NCBI GenBank assembly: GCA_964016885.1
Contig: OZ024745.1
Location: 109,306,001 to 109,370,000, forward strand
Source: Eledone cirrhosa
Lineage: Eukaryota
DNA: 64,000 bases
Direction: 5' to 3'
Shown: one piece after another, positions 1-12,090 of the stretch
Layout of the letters: every line of letters begins with the position of its first letter
Position numbering within the stretch: position 1 is the stretch's first letter
The notes under the pieces: model-generated
Told to the model about the DNA's origin: nothing
The model's database searches: none
What the model saw: the letters and a program-made list of their open reading frames with translations, nothing else
Made by a program: the position numbers and the translations under genes

Positions 1-29
1 ATATCTATTTATAAAACTGATCTATATTA

Positions 30-94
30 TATTTTATCTGATGAAAGCACACTATAATTTGACTTGGTGTCCTTGAAATATGTATAATGAAATA
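30..94 (+). ncRNA. Type I minimal hammerhead ribozyme motif (PLE-associated)
   Basis: TATTTTAT-CTGATGA-AAGCACAC..GTGTCCTT-GAAA-TATGTA-TA-ATGAAATA: 8-bp stem I, 8-bp stem II with 1 mismatch, near-palindromic stem III, AUA cleavage triplet. Confidence 0.6.
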
Positions 95-325
95 AATATG
101 GTTTTATAAATATAGTTTCCATTTGTTAATATATCGTATATATATATATATATCTTAAGGCTTGTTGGTTCACCACTGGATAGAATTGGTCATTCCGTAT
201 GGTCAATCTTGGTGTAATATTGTGGAGAGACACTCAACGTAGTGCAGTTCACCTGTCTTCGTTTGTGTAGTTGGTGGTGCGAATACAGAGTTAATTATAA
301 ATAAAATAACAGGAGGCTGGACTGG

Positions 326-375
<50 letters not shown>

Positions 376-376
<1 letters not shown>

Positions 377-462
377 TAGTTATGTAATAAACAACATAAT
401 GAAATAATTAATAAACAACAGAAATGAAATAATTAATCTTATGTTGTTTATTACATAACTAA
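376..462. repeat. 24-bp perfect inverted repeat next to a (TA)n array
   Basis: TTAGTTATGTAATAAACAACATAA (376-399) and its reverse complement (439-462). Confidence 0.85.
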
Positions 463-643
463 TAAGCTCTGTAACCTACATAGAGCACTCTTTTTTCCTG
501 GACCTTTCCAACGGACTTACTTCATTCATACATATATGTATATAAGTATTAAGTTGTTAAACAACATTCGATGATTATGTCAAAGAATGAGTTTTACAGT
601 AGATTGGAAGCACTCAACGGAAAATAATTTTCAGGAGTTATTA

Positions 644-879
644 ATATTAAAATATAAGTATTAATAAATAGATGTTCTTTTGATCAATTACATTTCATTA
701 TACATATTTCAGATGTACAAGAGTACGTCCTTAAATCTTAACCATTTAACATCTCAGAGTATGTCATGTATCATTATATTTTGTCTGATGAGGACGTACT
801 GTTGTACATCCAAAATATGTATAATAAAATGTAATTGATCAAAAGAACATCTATTTTATTAATACTTATATTTTAATAT
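644..879. mobile_element. Inverted pseudo-LTR-like structure of a Penelope-like element (~88-bp arms)
   Basis: Arms 644-731 and 791-879 are near-perfect reverse complements, contain hammerhead stems II/III and end at a (TA)n array. Confidence 0.6.
776..832 (+). ncRNA. Hammerhead ribozyme motif, core-mutated (GAAA to AAAA)
   Basis: ATATTTTGT-CTGATGA-GGACGTAC-TGTT-GTACATCC-AAAA-TATGTA-TA-ATAAAATGT; the inverted copy at ~693-731 retains GAAA. Confidence 0.55.
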
Positions 880-917
<38 letters not shown>

Positions 918-965
918 GTCTAACCCATGCTAGCATGGAAGATGGACGTTAAACGATGATGCTGA
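918..965 (+). mobile_element. Severely truncated RTE/SINE 3' tail stub in (TA)n
   Basis: GTCTAACCCATGCTAGCATGGAAGATGGACGTTAAACGATGAT; same stub at ~22278 and ~24593. Confidence 0.65.
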
Positions 966-1459
966 TATATATATAATCATCAACATCCTCCACTTCTCCA
1001 TGTTTGCATGGTGTTGTATCTTCTTCCCCATTACAGCATCTCATTACTTGTGGTCCTTTGTTATGTTCATGTAATTCAGCCTCCTGAGATCAATTCTCAT
1101 CACTTCTTGCCATACCTTCCTCACAATTTCTCTTCAGCAGTTTCCTTAGTTGAATCACTTTGCACATTTTTTACCTAGGCTATAGATGCTCAGTCTTCTC
1201 TCTTGCTCACAACATCAAATTTCTCTACTGTCCAGTTTTCCTCTTAGTTCATTTATTCTCTAATTTTCAATCACACTAACATGACGTTCTTTGCCCCTGG
1301 ACTACATCCCTGTTCACTGCTATTGAAGTGGAGCTAGCTACCCACAAGTGTGAGCGCTGTGAAGTGAAGTAGTTGTTCCAGCTCATCTCACTTGCCATCC
1401 TCCAGGGCTATGCCTTCTCCATTCTGTCTGCCAGAACCTCAGGGCAGACTCTTCCTTAA

Positions 1460-1679
1460 CCCTTTAGCATTTACATTCTTCTATATTTACTATTAGATTT
1501 TCATGGTAAAGCCATTACCTCACATAATATATCTCACAATATTTAATCTATGAGATTTTGATATTATTTATTTTGAGAACAATACCATAACATCAGTATG
1601 AGCAGCCTGTTACAGCCGGTTTGGACAGAAAGATGTGAGAGAATTCGGGCTGGATATGGCCAGTTTAAATGCTAAAGGG
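1460..1679. mobile_element. piggyBac-like MITE
   Basis: TIRs CCCTTTAGCATTTA / TAAATGCTAAAGGG flanked by TTAA and ATAA; reverse-oriented copy at 9771-9976. Confidence 0.7.
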
Positions 1680-2354
1680 ATAAGATAAGCTGTTTGTACA
1701 CTATGTAATAAACACTAAGACAATAAGTTTATTTATTTACATGATTTGCTTGTAGAAAATACGTTTTTATTTAGGAAAGGTTAAAAGGTGAACAGCAAGC
1801 TTTCATAAAGCTATTTACAGGATTTAAAAAAACCCTCAAAAGGGGCATTATTGACCCATGTGTCATTCCGATATCATTTGAATAATAAATTTCTAAACAT
1901 CAGGTATCTATTGAATTTTCTACCAGATGTCTTACAAGCCTACATTACATATCCAGTGGAGCATGCTCATCTCATTTCTACCCAGCCTTTACACATCCTT
2001 TGTATTCAACCCATATTTCACTACTGGTGAAACAATTCATACACAAATATCTATCATACAATCAGCCCCTCACCCAGAGATAGAATCCCTGTTGCCAACC
2101 TTTTCATGGACTTCAGAAAAAAATGATTAAATGAAAATGATTAAAATAAGTGTTCAGTTGGAATGGTAAGTAAGAAATGACTGGAATGTTTCATAGTTAC
2201 CAAAATATACAAAAAAACAAAACAAAATAAAACAAAATGAACCGCTGTAAAGAAATGAAGAAATATTAGTTGTACATGAGATGCCAATCAGAAAGAGGAA
2301 AGAAATTATCTGTGTTTATAATTGGTGACAATTCGAGGGAATCATATATAAGTC

Positions 2355-2610
<256 letters not shown>

Positions 2611-2869
2611 ACATATTATAGTGCCAAAGATATTTTGGCACTAGTTTGGTTGAAGAACGTCAGAATTGGTTACTGCTTAGTGGTCCATGTGACTTGAAAT
2701 GCCAATGAAAACATTAGTAAATGAGAAAGATATAGAAACACCTGGATTGTTCCAGAATTAGAGAATGAGGTTGAAAGAAATAAAAAAGAGAGGATGAGGA
2801 AAGGTGAGATAGAGTGAAAATAAGAATGTTACATAGAGAGAGGGGAGAGGGAGAGAGAGAGTGTGTGTG

Positions 2870-3040
2870 AGAATGAGAATCGGACTGAGAGAGAGAATCG
2901 GACTGAGAGAGGGGGAGGGGGAAAGAGAATCGGACTGAGAGAGGGGGAGGGGAGAGAGTAATCGGACTGAGAGAGGGGGAGGGGGAGGGAGAATCGGACT
3001 GAGAGAGGGGGAGGGGGAGAGAGAATCGGACTGAGAGAGG
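2870..3040. repeat. Purine-rich minisatellite, GAATCGGACTGAGAGAGGGGGAGGGG, about 6 copies
   Basis: Recurrent AATCGGACTGAGAGAG core. Confidence 0.9.
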
Positions 3041-3401
3041 GTGGAGCTGGTGCAGGTGAATGCTGGGACAGGGAAGATGGAGAAGGAAATACTTAAAGAT
3101 GGAAAGCTGGTAAACAACAACTCAATGAAGGACTAATTTGAAATGTCTTCATATTCTTACAGTCTATGATGAGTTACAGCTGGTGAAGCTGATAGTACTG
3201 TTGTTGTTGTAGTTGTTGTTTGTTTAATGGCAAATGGTCAACATTTTATATCATTTAAATGATGCCATGCTGTGTCTCTGACTAAAACACTTAGTTCTGA
3301 ATGGCTCCTTCCACCAAATTAGCTGCTATAAAGTATTACAGATCCTCTGCTATTAACTAGCGAAGGTATTTTATAATTAATTGAAGGCCTTGTGCCTATG
3401 T

Positions 3402-4037
3402 CAGGTCACCAGTTGGTGCTACTGGTAACATGTATCCCAGTACAACCTGTCTCATGGTCGGGTCGTTGGCGACTAAACTGGCAACCCCACCAAGATTTCT
3501 TGGTGAGGAGGGTGACTTTGGACAACCTGCAGGACTAAAAACAAAACCTGTCAAAGGGCAAAGCAACTCCTGGGAGCTCTTGGAGTCAATGGCCATCCAA
3601 AACCAGCACGGCCCGCCGAAAGGCGCTGCAGTGCGGGAAAAGTCAACTTCCTGCTACTAGTATGCTGGTAAGCTAGTACAACGTATCTCCAGACGGATAG
3701 AGTGGGTCCGTAGCTTTGGTTAGCAACTACTCTAGTGCTTGCAACACAAACAATTAGGGCGAGGGTATAAATGCCAGGTTGGTATCTGGCGCCGGGTAAC
3801 CCACCACACGGAGGAGAAAGCACCTTCTTCAAGACTTGGCTGTCAAATTCTTTCACATGTGTGTAGTAGTGGTGCCCACACACATTATTAGCTATTTGAA
3901 AAGATGATGGATTTCGCAACTGACTGCACCAGGGTTCCTGTTCCTCAGGGAACCACACTATATGGGGGGACAGGGAATTCTGGGGCATGGGAGTGAGATC
4001 CATCATCTCGATAGTAGTCGAAGAATGATGATGATGA
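3402..4037 (+). mobile_element. Non-autonomous RTE-related retroposon with structured 5' leader and (GAT)n tail
   Basis: 11-bp TSD TGTGCCTATGT (3391-3401, 4038-4048); (GAT)n 3' tail; first ~200 bp shared with 17365-17562 (-). Confidence 0.7.
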
Positions 4038-4239
4038 TGTGCCTATGTTTGAAATCAATATTTTATAATCAACAATAGTTTTGTAAGGTTGTGGTGATTA
4101 GGTCTTATTTGATTCTGAAAAACATAACACACAAACAAAAACAAGCTAAGGTAGACTGAAACAAATGTGTCTTTCCTCTGTTTAGTCCCAGAAAAATTAG
4201 GATAAGTTCTAGCATGCCTTCTAAAAAACCTTAAGTCTT

Positions 4240-4478
4240 ATCTGGCCAGTGCTGATCCCAGTTTTTGTGGCTTGAAGCGACTGAGAGTACAAGACTGCCT
4301 CCTGGATAGAGCACCAGTTGGAGGGCTACTGCTGGTACTCATTTTCAGCTGAGTATACTGGAGCAATGTGAAATGAAATGTTTTGCTCAAGAACACAACA
4401 CAGAACTCAGTCCAGGAATCGAACCCACAATATTATGATTGTAAGTCCAGCACACTTCCCCCTAGGCCACATGCCTCC
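4240..4478 (-). mobile_element. tRNA-derived SINE (degenerate)
   Basis: Minus-strand tRNA-like head with GGTTCGATTCC B box and central CAGTATACTCAGCTGAAAATGAGTACC; related remnants at ~9300-9505 and ~33400-33560. Confidence 0.65.
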
Positions 4479-4696
4479 TCTACTATTAACTAGAGACAGT
4501 ATTTTATAATGAATTGAAGGCCTTATGCCTATGTTTGAAATCAATATTTCATAATTAACAATAGTTTTGTGAGCTTCTGGTAATTAGGTCTTATTTAATT
4601 CTGAAAAACACAACACACAAAAACAATCTAAGACTGAAACAAATGTGTCTTTCCTCTGTTTAGTCTCAGAAAAATTAGGACAAGTTCTAATATGCC
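4477..4696 (+). repeat. Local ~220-bp duplication of 3344-4218 lacking the 3402-4037 insertion
   Basis: Colinear match through TTGAAGGCCTT-TGCCTATGTTTGAAATCAATATT...GAAAAATTAGGA. Confidence 0.85.
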
Positions 4697-5168
4697 CTAC
4701 TGTCTTTAAAATGATGCCTTAGAGTACATTAGATAAAGCAGTCTTGGATACATGGAAATTAAACAAATAATCAGTGGAATGGCGAAGGCTCTGGAATGCT
4801 TTTGATCATAGGTCTATTTAATCAGTGACAACCTGGGATAACAAATATATGTAATGGATAAAAACAAAATGAAAATCTTATTATGAAAGCTGTTAATCAA
4901 AATAAAAGAGGTATATGTTGTAGTGGTAGATGTAGAGAGAGAGACTCAAATGTTAAGTCAATTGTTCTTAAATGGTCTGCTACAGGGCATAGCTAGGTGT
5001 ATCATAGATGTTGAAAAATATAATTTAAAGCTTCAGAAAACCCACACTAAAGTTTAGGTGATTTGAAAATGTGTTATCCATAATTTTGTTATACACAAAC
5101 AAGCTTAATAAAAGAAGGTACACAGAAGTTCGCTATAATTTTTTTTTTTTGTAAATTTTACCACTTAG

Positions 5169-5755
5169 ATCATCATCATCTCTTTCTTCTTCGCCAACTT
5201 ATTCCTGGGAGGGTCATGTTGGGTAGGGTCCTCAGACACCTGCCAGAGAGTCCTATCAGAAACAACTGTCTCTAAACGACCTGGCTAGATCTCCAAGTGA
5301 ATCCAGCCATCCAACCATCATGTTCTTGGTTTACATCTGGATTTCCTGCCAGTTGACTTCGCCTGTGAAATTTGTCCAGTGATTCTTTCTTTAGGCATTC
5401 TTACCACATTACCATTGTATCAGAGATGGGATCTTTCAATTTGTAGTAGTGACTCTACCTGGAGTGACTCTCCAAGGTGTCTACCCTATCAAGTAATGTT
5501 ACTTGAAAGACCCTTTATATGAACCCCATTTTGGCTGCTTGTATTCACAGTCATATTCTTTCGGTCATAACCTAAGATTCATGACCATAGATAAGGGTCC
5601 TTTACACCTACTTCCAAGTAGTCCTTTACATCTGATGCCCAAATGCTGAAGCTGGGACATTACTGCATGAGTTCCAACAATTCTTGCATTTAATTCATCC
5701 CCCTGCCATCCATTACTTGTGAAAATGGCCCCAAGATACTTGAATGTCCCCACCT
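5169..5755 (-). pseudogene. RTE-clade LINE 3' fragment (RT C-terminus)
   Basis: FKYLGAIFTSNG...ELNARI motif, then YGHE/IQAA and GRPR-like remnants, (GAT)n tail. Confidence 0.8.
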
Positions 5756-6321
5756 GAAATTATTTAAAAGCCAGCCTTTTCATGCAGTCTATCATGCTGA
5801 ATAACCCTGGGAAGATATCAGCGGAATACTTAGCTGTTTACATACTTTCATGAGAAGGCTGATTGAAAGATAGGAATACTCATAATCGAAACCTGGTTTC
5901 TTCCCCCTTCCTTCTTATATAGATTTATATTATTCATTGTCTTTTATGTTTTAAGACAGTAGGATAGAATTTGAAAGAAATTTTGCTGATGCTTCTAGTA
6001 GGTCAAGAAACCAGTTAAAAGCTCCCACATTGATTCCTTATCAATCTGATTCCTTCTAATTCTTTCCATCAATAGCTTAGCAATTCTTGTAACTATTCTT
6101 ATTTGCAATAAATCAATCTATTGATCTTGAAAGGTGTCAGTCTTCCAACATAAAACAAGATAGCATTAATTTTGTTGTTGTTATGTTCTGCCCTTTAGCT
6201 ACAACAATTAGGCCTCTCATAATTAAATAGCAAATTATACTATTACACTCTAAAGCTATAATATGGACTAAACTAGCGGTTATTGAACCAAAGTATCAGG
6301 TTTTAATATTTAGCTATATTA

Positions 6322-6703
6322 GTGGAGAGAAATGAAGCAAGCATGCTCCAATGGATGCGCAATGTCAATGTGCGTGAACGACCAAGCATAGATGAGTTGA
6401 GAGTGAAACTGTGTATAAGAGGGATAGACTGTGTGTGGGAGAGAAGACTGCATTGGTATGGCCATGTGATGCGCATGGAAAATGACTCTGGGTGGAGAAG
6501 TGCCAAGAAATCCTGGTGGAAGGAAGACGCAGTAGAGGAAGACCACAAAAACATGGGAGGAGGTGGTGAGAGCTGACCTCAGATCGCTGAAACTCACAGA
6601 GGAGATGAGGGACCGTAATGAATGGAGAGATGCTGTGCTGAAGATGACCTGTCCCACCCGTGCAAGCATGGAAAAGTGGACATAAAATGATGATGCTGAT
6701 GAT
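6322..6703 (+). pseudogene. RTE-clade LINE 3' end
   Basis: ERNEASMLQWM...RRLHWYGHVMRM, GRP.KTW remnant, tail CCCACCCGTGCAAGCATGGAAAAGTGGACATAAAATGATGAT. Confidence 0.85.
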
Positions 6704-6911
6704 TAGTAGTCCTATAAAATGTAATACACTCTTTACACCAAATATATGGATACTAAAAACAAAAACAATAAAAATCACAAAATACCCAGACTGTAATAAC
6801 ATATTTAAAACATATGTAGTCTTACTATGGAATGAATCTTGGGAATGTAACTCCCTATCAATTTCTTGGAAAAATAATATAGGTATTAATGAGCTTTTGG
6901 CTTTTTATGTA

Positions 6912-7166
6912 TTAACCCTTTTCTGACCATATTTCTTATGAAATACACACTATTTCAATTAATGAAGAATTAATGAAGAATCAATGAAGAATTTTGAAGG
7001 ATTTACTAAAATTATAAAATATTTCATTACTAAGATAGTAATTTAACATATGGTTACTATTTAAAATTATGTTGAAAGATTTTAATTTAGAGAGGAACCC
7101 TTAAAATATGTGGTTTATTTCATTGAATCCAGAGCTTGTGTTGAGTTAGTTTGGTGTCAAAAGAGT
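6912..7166. mobile_element. Degenerate AT-rich MITE (second piggyBac-like family)
   Basis: TTAACCCTTTT end; similar internal sequence at ~11855-12180 and ~61347-61620. Confidence 0.4.
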
Positions 7167-7282
7167 AAATATTACCAGGCTTTCCTTGCCTTAATATTAA
7201 AATCACTGATTAGCATCCAAAGCAATTTTCACTTCGTTTGGTTTGACAAGAAAACTACAATATGTTAGAGATTTAAAATAAT

Positions 7283-7461
7283 TGTTTCTACTTTAGGCAC
7301 AAGGCCAGCAAATACATTACTGGTACTTTATTTTATTGACCCCGTAAGGATGAAAGGCAAAGTTAACCTCGGCGGGATTTGAACTAAGACTATAAAGGAA
7401 CATAACTATGCTAGAAAGCATGGCGTCCAACCCTCTACCGATACTGCCAATTCACCGCCCT
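7283..7461 (-). mobile_element. CORE-type tRNA-derived SINE (Octopus OR-like)
   Basis: A box TGGCAGTATCGG, B box GTTCAAATCCC, CORE GCCTTTCATCCTTACGGGGTC; 16-bp TSD AGAGATTTAAAATAAT. Confidence 0.8.
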
Positions 7462-7669
7462 AAGAGATTTAAAATAATAATAATGAAAATTATTGTGTAT
7501 AGTGCTCAGGTGCACTATAACTCCTCAAATGTTCATGTATAATACATAGAATAATGTACAAATATCAGGTAAGTGAACAGTGTATGAGTCATACAGATAC
7601 ATGCGTGTTTGTGTATGGAGAGGGAATATCAAGTGTAGTGTTGGTGAAAGCAAAATAAAGAGGAACTGC

Positions 7670-7830
7670 AGAGACTAGAAAGAAATGAATTGAGTATACT
7701 CCAATGGATGTGTAATGTTAGTGTGCATGAGTTACATAGTATAAGCAAATGGAGAGAAAGACTTTGCATAAACAGAATTGGATGTAGTGGGCAAAAGAGA
7801 AGACTGTATTGGTAAGGACATGTGATGTCT
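7670..7830 (+). pseudogene. Degenerate RTE fragment
   Basis: Similar to 6322-6480 (LERNE..LQWMCNVSV..RRL.W.GHVM). Confidence 0.65.
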
Positions 7831-8994
7831 ATGAACAATAACAGCTGTATACAGAAATACAGAGAAACCCCATTCGCTGGGACCCATGGAAGAGGCAGAA
7901 ATTACAAAAATCCATGAGGACTGGCACTATGCGCTGCTGAAGATAACCCAACCTGCAATATACAATATGGCCTGACCTACCCCCACGTCCCCAACTTCCA
8001 CTAGCACTCACTAACAGCTATTCTCAACATCACTGCACCCCCTCATCCCTATGCCCCCTACACACTCAAAGCTGTTGCCTCTCCGTGAAGTGGTTGGTGG
8101 TGGGATGGGTATCCAGCCATGGAGGGCCTGCCAAACAAAGGGTTGTAAGGGCCCTTTAGTCATGTGAAGGACATGACAGACTCCTTAGTGTTTGTTGATC
8201 TATACAATAAATGCACCCAGTACACACTGTAAAATAGTTGGTGATCGGAAGGGCATCCAGCTGTAGAAAGCTTGCCAAACAAAGGGTTGAAAGGACCCTC
8301 AGTTGTGTGAAAAACATGACAGTTTCTCCTATGCACTCAGTAGAGCATGAAACCATACATAAGCAAGACACTGATCCCTGGCCTGTCTGGGAGATCAGTA
8401 GCACCGCTTCAGAACTGAAGTCTATAGTAGAAGACATATGACCAAGGTACTGCAAAGTATCAGCTAACACAAAACATGATTTTGAAGTAAACTTCGTAAC
8501 CACACACCCATGTTTGCTCCTAAGCATGACATCTTCCTGAAATAAAAGTCAAAATAAAGTTCTCCTATATATAATATATTCAGCATCTTGTTATCAATAA
8601 ATTAGCAATAAGTTCATTAATTATTCATTTACATTTGATTATTTATTGATCTATATAATGACAGGAGAGGTGAAGGTGTGCATTCTGGTTTGGAAGAACA
8701 AGTTTTCAACTTTAAACATGATCCTAAGACAGCAATATATTGATATCTATGTTATAATGTATTCATACTGTGAGGTGAGAGCTAGCTGAGGCCAACTGTC
8801 TGTCTTGACACAGATTATATGAGCCTAACACTAGTATGTGTGTAGGTGTGTATGTACATATGTGTTCATGTAGTTGTTTGTGCGAGGTAGTCAACTGAAG
8901 TGGGGGTGGATGGGTGCTAGTGATAATAATTGATAGGTGTGTCATAAACATGGCAGAAAATGGCTTTGACTGTTTAAATTAGAGAAAGGAAAGA

Positions 8995-9255
8995 TTGGTG
9001 ATGGTGATGGAGTTGTTGATGGTGGTGAGGAAGTAAAAGTGGTAAAGGAGGTGTTATTGTTGTTGAGAATAGTAGTAGTGATGGTGATGGTAATAGTGGT
9101 GGTGATGGTGATAGTGGTAGTGGTGTTGATGGTGGTGGTGTTGGTGATGGTGATAGTAGCGGTGGTGCTGTTGGTGATGGTGAGAGTGGTGTTGGTGATG
9201 GTGATGATGATGGTGGTGGTAGTGGTGATGTTGGTGTTGTTGTTGTTGGTGTAAT
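8995..9255. repeat. (GGT/GAT/GTT)n trinucleotide low-complexity tract
   Basis: Direct reading. Confidence 0.9.
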
Positions 9256-9770
9256 GATTTAAAAAAATAATGAAATGAAATTTACAGCTGACACCGATGT
9301 AAGTTTAGCTGGCCTCCTCTCAGTTTGCATCTCATAGGTTTCTGGTATGTTTTAATTATAGAGATCCCAGTTCTATATTGAAAAGCACCAAGAAATGAAG
9401 TGCCTTGCTGACGAACACAATGTACTACTGTTTGGTTCAAAAACTAAACTTGTAACCATATGGCCATGAATCCAACACCTTAACCACTATGTCACATGCC
9501 TTCCTGTGAAATGATATGAAGCAGAAGTAGTGGTGATAATGACAGTGATGACATTGCTAAGATGGTGATGATGAGGGGATTACGATGAAGGTAGTTACGA
9601 TGATGATGATGATGATGATGATGTAAGTAGCAGCAACTCCACTAACCATTATCACATTATTCTTATTCTCCTTCTACTTTTCCCCTATATATGTATTTGA
9701 TAACAGAGAAATAGGGACTAACATCCTTAGAAGGCAAACCCAGTCAGTTCTCAACTAGCACCTTTCTTAA

Positions 9771-9976
9771 CCCTTTAGCATTTACACCGGTCATATCCGG
9801 CCAGAATACTCTCACCTCTCTCTGTTCAAACCAGCTGTAACCAGCCACTCATACTGATGTTAAGGTATTGTTCTCAAAATAAATAATATCAAAATCTCGT
9901 GGCTTCGATATCATGTGAGAAAGCCTTAACCCTGAAAATACAATAGTAAATATAGAGTAGTGTAAATGCCTAAAGA
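9771..9976. mobile_element. piggyBac-like MITE (family of 1460-1679, reverse orientation)
   Basis: TTAA-CCCTTTAGCATTTA left end; body is the reverse complement of 1460-1679. Confidence 0.7.
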
Positions 9977-10762
9977 ACTCAATCATACTTATGAAGACCA
10001 AAGTTAGACTGATCAGCTAATATTCATTTTCACCTTCATCAAGCAGTGTTACAGCTGGACTCAGGGTGAAAACAACCTGTAAGATGAGGTGTCTTCAGCA
10101 AGCAACTGGCATAACCAGAAGGGACATAATGCAGTTATTTAATACCATAAGTTAACATCCATTTCATAGTTCAACAACATATTAAATGGTTTGGTCACCT
10201 GATAAGAATGCTAACTGGCCAGCTTGTTCTGCATTCATATAACACTGAAATGTTTGGGCTTTAGAACTAGAGGAAAACCACCCGAAGTGTTGGATTGACA
10301 GACATACTCCATACTCATAGCAGCATGACAATACTTAGTACATCTAGCTTGCTGGAGATTTCTAGCTTCATCTCCCTGTGATATCTTGGACAGAAAGTCT
10401 AATTGAACTTCAGACCAATATTACACCCCGCTCCTCCTCAAATACAAAAATGACAGAATAAAATCAACAACCATTACTACTACAACTACTATTAGCTTTA
10501 TACTTCATAATTTGAGTTATAATGGCCCAAGAAAAAAGGAAATTAAAAGAGAAAATTGTCAGGAAGTACAAATTAGAGAAATTAATTACAAAATTACTCA
10601 CAATGTCATTCGACATCAGTTCCTTTCTTGTTTTGAAGGATAGTTGGAAACTGGAAAATATTTTCTCACCAGCAAGTTTTATCTTTGCTAATAATTTCAA
10701 AACAATAAGCAGCATTCTTTTAGAGAATTTGAAAACAATACAAAACTACTTGATGTTATATT

Positions 10763-11765
10763 CTTCTTCTTCTTCTTCTTGTGTATGAGACAGCAATCAC
10801 ATGACTTCCCTCAGTTACAGCAACCAGCTCAAAGTAGTGGGATAAAAGTGCATAAGGTCCACATTCTCAGGTGGGCGAAGATCCAGGCTCTCACTTTGTA
10901 TGTGTTCTGCAGTCTGCTCAGGTGAGCCACACTGGCAAGCTGTTAATAGCTAGAGCCACCAGTGGGGTGCTGCATTGTATCAGCCAACACCCGTGTGTAG
11001 TGTAGCCAATTCAGGGACACCCACACCCTCTGAGAGAAGTTAGCACTTGGTGGGAAGACTGTAATGTGGTTGACATTCAGTTGGACAGGTAGAGATGTCT
11101 GTTGCTAGCTTTCCATATCTGGAGTATGTTGAAATTTGAGTTTTGCAGTTTTGCTGCTTGATGAGGGAAAGGTTGGCATGACGTCAAACAGTGTTGGTTT
11201 AGGAACTGAGAATTCTCAGCTATATCATGGAGCAAATGACTAGGGTCTTTTGATGCCTTGCTTATCAGCCTGTGTGTATGTGATGCTCTCTATGAAGGGG
11301 TGCAGGAGCAATGCCTAAGAACACAGGTAGATATCCAGTTGGTATAGGATAGAGTCATCTAATGATGAGCCTTAAGGTGTTGTTCAGCGCTGTATCTTGC
11401 TTCTGAGTATGGGAGCTCCTGCACCATACAGGAGAGGCATACTCTGTAGCACTGTAGACTAAGGCCTAGGGGCACTGATATGTAAAGTGGATGTGCCTGA
11501 ACCCTATGACGAGCCTGCCAGGCAGAAAAGGTTGTTCCTCATGGACCCTTTACACAAAAGGACTTTAGATGCTGTCTGTAGGTCAGCTGTCAGTTCAATT
11601 TAATTCCAAGATAGATCGGTACAGTGTTATTATGTGAGGTTAATGGTGAGCTGGTGATTGGCCTCCTTGGTATTAGGATCCAAGTTTGTCGAACTCCCCA
11701 CTGATAGGTCCAGGGAACTGATCACTGATCAGGTGAATGACAGCAACCTGAGACAGCAACAGCAA
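10763..11765 (-). mobile_element. Vingi/Ingi-group LINE, 5'-truncated and decayed
   Basis: Minus strand encodes ATEYASPVWCRSSHT..DTALN..LR..GIAP and a CQCGSPEQTAEH zinc knuckle; CATACAC(AAG)n tail; TSD ATGTTATATT (10753-10762, 11766-11775). Confidence 0.75.
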
Positions 11766-11981
11766 ATGTTATATTATTGATGGTCAAATTCTGTGTCTTC
11801 AATTACATCCAGTTAGATAGCATTTCTTCATATGGTACTGCTATATCACTTTCTTTAACACTTTTGCAACTGTATTTCTAATGAAATACACTATTGCAAT
11901 TAATAATTGAATAATTTTTAGGGACTTACTGAATATTAATTATTTCATTACTAAGTAACTTAACATATTATTCTTATATAA

Positions 11982-12090
11982 CATAATTGTTTCTACTTTT
12001 GGCACAAGGCCATCAATTACCCAGTACATTACTGGTACTTTATTTTAGCGACCCTGTAAGGATGAAAGGCAAAGTTAACCTCGGCGGGAT
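11982..12090 (-). mobile_element. CORE-SINE 3' half nested in a MITE
   Basis: Matches 7283-7380 and is truncated at the B box. Confidence 0.75.

Noticed and set aside
3445-3515. Twister ribozyme (TCCC loop in the 17562 copy, GAGGG)
   Set aside because: The order of P1/P2/P4 and the cleavage-site A cannot be fitted to any known permutation
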